Positions 30,688-36,210 of a stretch of 36,210 bases of DNA are shown one piece after another. The DNA lies in contig JBHJMP010000879.1 in the NCBI GenBank assembly GCA_043381765.1, forward strand, positions 1 to 36,210, in the 5' to 3' direction. Within the stretch, counting starts at the first letter, position 1. Each line of letters begins with the position of its first letter. A program made the position numbers and the translations under genes. The stretch comes from Collodictyon triciliatum (lineage: Eukaryota). A model generated the notes under the pieces. The model was not told the DNA's origin. It did no database searches and worked only from the letters and a program-made list of their open reading frames with translations.

Positions 30688-32220
30688 TTACAAAGCCTTG
30701 TTCACTCCTGGGTAGAAGGAGTGATTGTCCGATGGCACGTGGATGGCGGCCCGGTAAAGATAGTACAAAGCAACAGCCACCATTATGCCGAGTACAGTCT
30801 GCGTGAATCGTTCCGCAGCAGAAGCCTTTCGCAACTGCACAGCTTCCAACAACGCACGGCCGGGTTTGCGATCGGACATTCCCAGGCTATTCCTCTCGGT
30901 GCTCTGTCTCTGCCGTCTGGCTTGGGCCTGAGTCAGTGAGCGAGCGAATATGTAGTTGAGCTATCCAACCAAAGGAATAATAATGAAAATAGAAGACAAA
31001 ACACACAAAACACACAAAACACACAAAACACACAAAACACACAAAACACACAAAACACACAAAACACACAAAACACACAAAACACACAGAACACACAAAA
31101 CACAAATAACAAGCAATATCAAAATATGGTATACAAAAAAAGAAAGTAGATTGAAATGGAATATAATTAAAGGAGTAGCAGAACAGAAAAAATAAATAGA
31201 GCGGGAACACGATACACGTTGATGCCATCACATACAGACGGATCATCACTTTGCCCAACATTCATCAGCGCCTCGTATGCGACGCTCGATAATAGCAAAG
31301 CACATCCCTCTTCGACGTGTAGACGCATTTTCTGTGATGCTTTATCAGATATAACCCTATGGATGATATGACACCAGTGCTATTTATTTAATTCAGACTC
31401 GGTGATTTCCCCTCCTCGAAACCCATTCGAATGGTTGATTGGCCCTTCCCTCCTTGTTCTTGCTCTTGCTCTTGCTCTTGTTATTGTACTCTTTCAAAAG
31501 CAGGATTCAACAGTCTCGACTTCCTGTTTCTTCAGTAGCACGGCAGAGATGCAAACCTTCCAGCGAGTCGAGACCGAAGCGCTTTTGGCCACTCAATAAA
31601 CAACGCCGCTACAACAGTGGCCAATTCTCTCTATCTTCCTTCGTTTTGAGGCTTTTCTCCTCCCTCCTAAACTTCGTCTTAACATGGCAGCGAGACTACG
31701 CAACACCAAACACTGCGACCCAATCACTCGAGCTTCCTGTGTCCTGTATATCCTTCAAATCATTAAATCTGCCACAGTAATCACATCCATTCTATGATGA
31801 GCGTGATGCGTGTGATGAGTTTGATGAGTGTGATGAGTGTGATGAGTGTGATGAGTGTGATGAGTGTGATGAGTGTGATGAGTGTGATGAGTGTGATGAG
31901 TGTGATGAGTGTGATGAGTGTGATGCGTGTGATGAATGTGATGGATGGAAATTATTTGTCTTGTCTGAAAGTAAGAGGCGGGGTTCTTGGCTGCCTTTTT
32001 GTTTTGTCAAAGGCGCAATCATATACTTCTTGTAGTGCTGACTCCTTCAGATCAGAAAAGACTGTGGCGATCTCGGGTTTTTCAATACTGACGTATGTCA
32101 GTCACACAGTTACTTACTGTGCGGCGATCTGTCATAATCGCATACTTCTGGCAGTCTGTTTGCCTGTCTCTTCCTCTCTTTTCTTTCTTCTTGAAACCAC
32201 GCGCCTGCTTCAAGCCTCAT
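30688..32220 (-). CDS. Hypothetical multi-exon protein with a possible C-terminal transmembrane anchor
   Basis: aaaATG at 32220 (MRLEAGAWFQEERKERKRQ...). A phase-consistent GT-AG path exists via IFSDLKESALQE, NGCDYCGRFNDLKD, KSRLLNPAFER, KMRLHVEEG... to a last exon ending TVLGIMVAVALYYLYRAAIH...NKAL*. No recognised homology. Confidence 0.4.
30997..31105. repeat. (AAAACACAC)n 9-mer array
   Basis: Directly visible. Confidence 0.95.
31794..31943. repeat. (GTGATGAGT)n 9-mer array
   Basis: Directly visible. Confidence 0.95.
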
Positions 32221-32574
32221 TTTAAGGGTGTGCTCTTTCGTCGCTTGTTGATCAGCCTTGCTTGAGTGAGTCAGAGCCCATCAGGCTCACTTGTCTCGTT
32301 TCGAGGCTGATAAAGGCGGAGGCCCACGCAGCTCGAAAAATAGATCGCACGCCTCTGCACTCACCCAACACGCAAAATATAGTCTTGGGTGCGCGGGTGA
32401 AGGAGAATAATACTAATCGTGATAGTAACAGCCGAACCTTTGATTTGGAGTAGATCGCCGCGCAAGGACCGAGCACGTTGGGAGCACTATCTTTTCAAGG
32501 GCCAGGCGTCTTTGTCGAACTCTGTTACTCTTGCAAGGCCTGATAGAGGGTAAGGCAGTAGTAAAATCACCAGT

Positions 32575-32773
32575 TTTTCTTTTTCTTTTTCTTTTTCTCT
32601 TTTCCTTTTTCCTTTTTCCTTTTCCTTTTCTTTTCCTTTTCTTTTCCTTTTATTTCGTTTTGTTTCGTTTTGCTCTATTTCTTTTCCTTTTCCTTTTGGT
32701 TTGTTTTTTTTTTGTTTTTTTCTCTTTTTCATTTCATTTCATTTTGTTTCTTTTTCTTCTATTTCTTCTATTT
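32575..32773. repeat. Pyrimidine-rich low-complexity tract, probably within a NEK 5'-UTR intron (GTAAGG 32550 ... TAG 32814)
   Basis: Strong donor at 32550, AG candidates at 32778 and 32814, ATG at 32834. Confidence 0.55.
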
Positions 32774-32833
32774 ACCAGACTCCTTGGTAATTGTACTATT
32801 TTCATGCTTCTTAGGCATTTAATAGAGCGATAA

Positions 32834-36049
<3,216 letters not shown>

Positions 36050-36065
36050 GTATGCGTTATTATCA

Positions 36066-36178
<113 letters not shown>

Positions 36179-36210
36179 GCTCAAAGATGTTCTCTCTTTA
36201 ATAATATTTC

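Overview
This is eukaryotic nuclear DNA from an intron-rich, microsatellite-rich, AT-rich organism, probably a flagellated protist (taxon not determinable). It uses the standard genetic code and has three assembly gaps. Manual splicing gives about 10 multi-exon genes: a large coiled-coil/RSPH10B-C-terminus-like protein (+), a coiled-coil hypothetical (-), BRCC36/BRCC3 JAMM deubiquitinase (-), a DRC9/DRC10-like IQ coiled-coil protein (-) head-to-head with ZMYND10 (+), a ubiquitin-like protein with a polybasic CaaX tail (+), an Asp/Asn beta-hydroxylase-family dioxygenase (-), a Pho8-like alkaline phosphatase (-), a possible tail-anchored hypothetical (-) and a NEK kinase (+). Nearly all introns I could resolve are GT-AG. 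The standout exception is an AT-AC U12-type (minor spliceosome) intron in the NEK kinase domain at 34291-34521. Many ORF-track entries are artefacts of simple repeats or N gaps. No prokaryotic-type systems (CRISPR, IS, rRNA) and no tRNA were seen. Family assignments come from motif recognition, not database searches.
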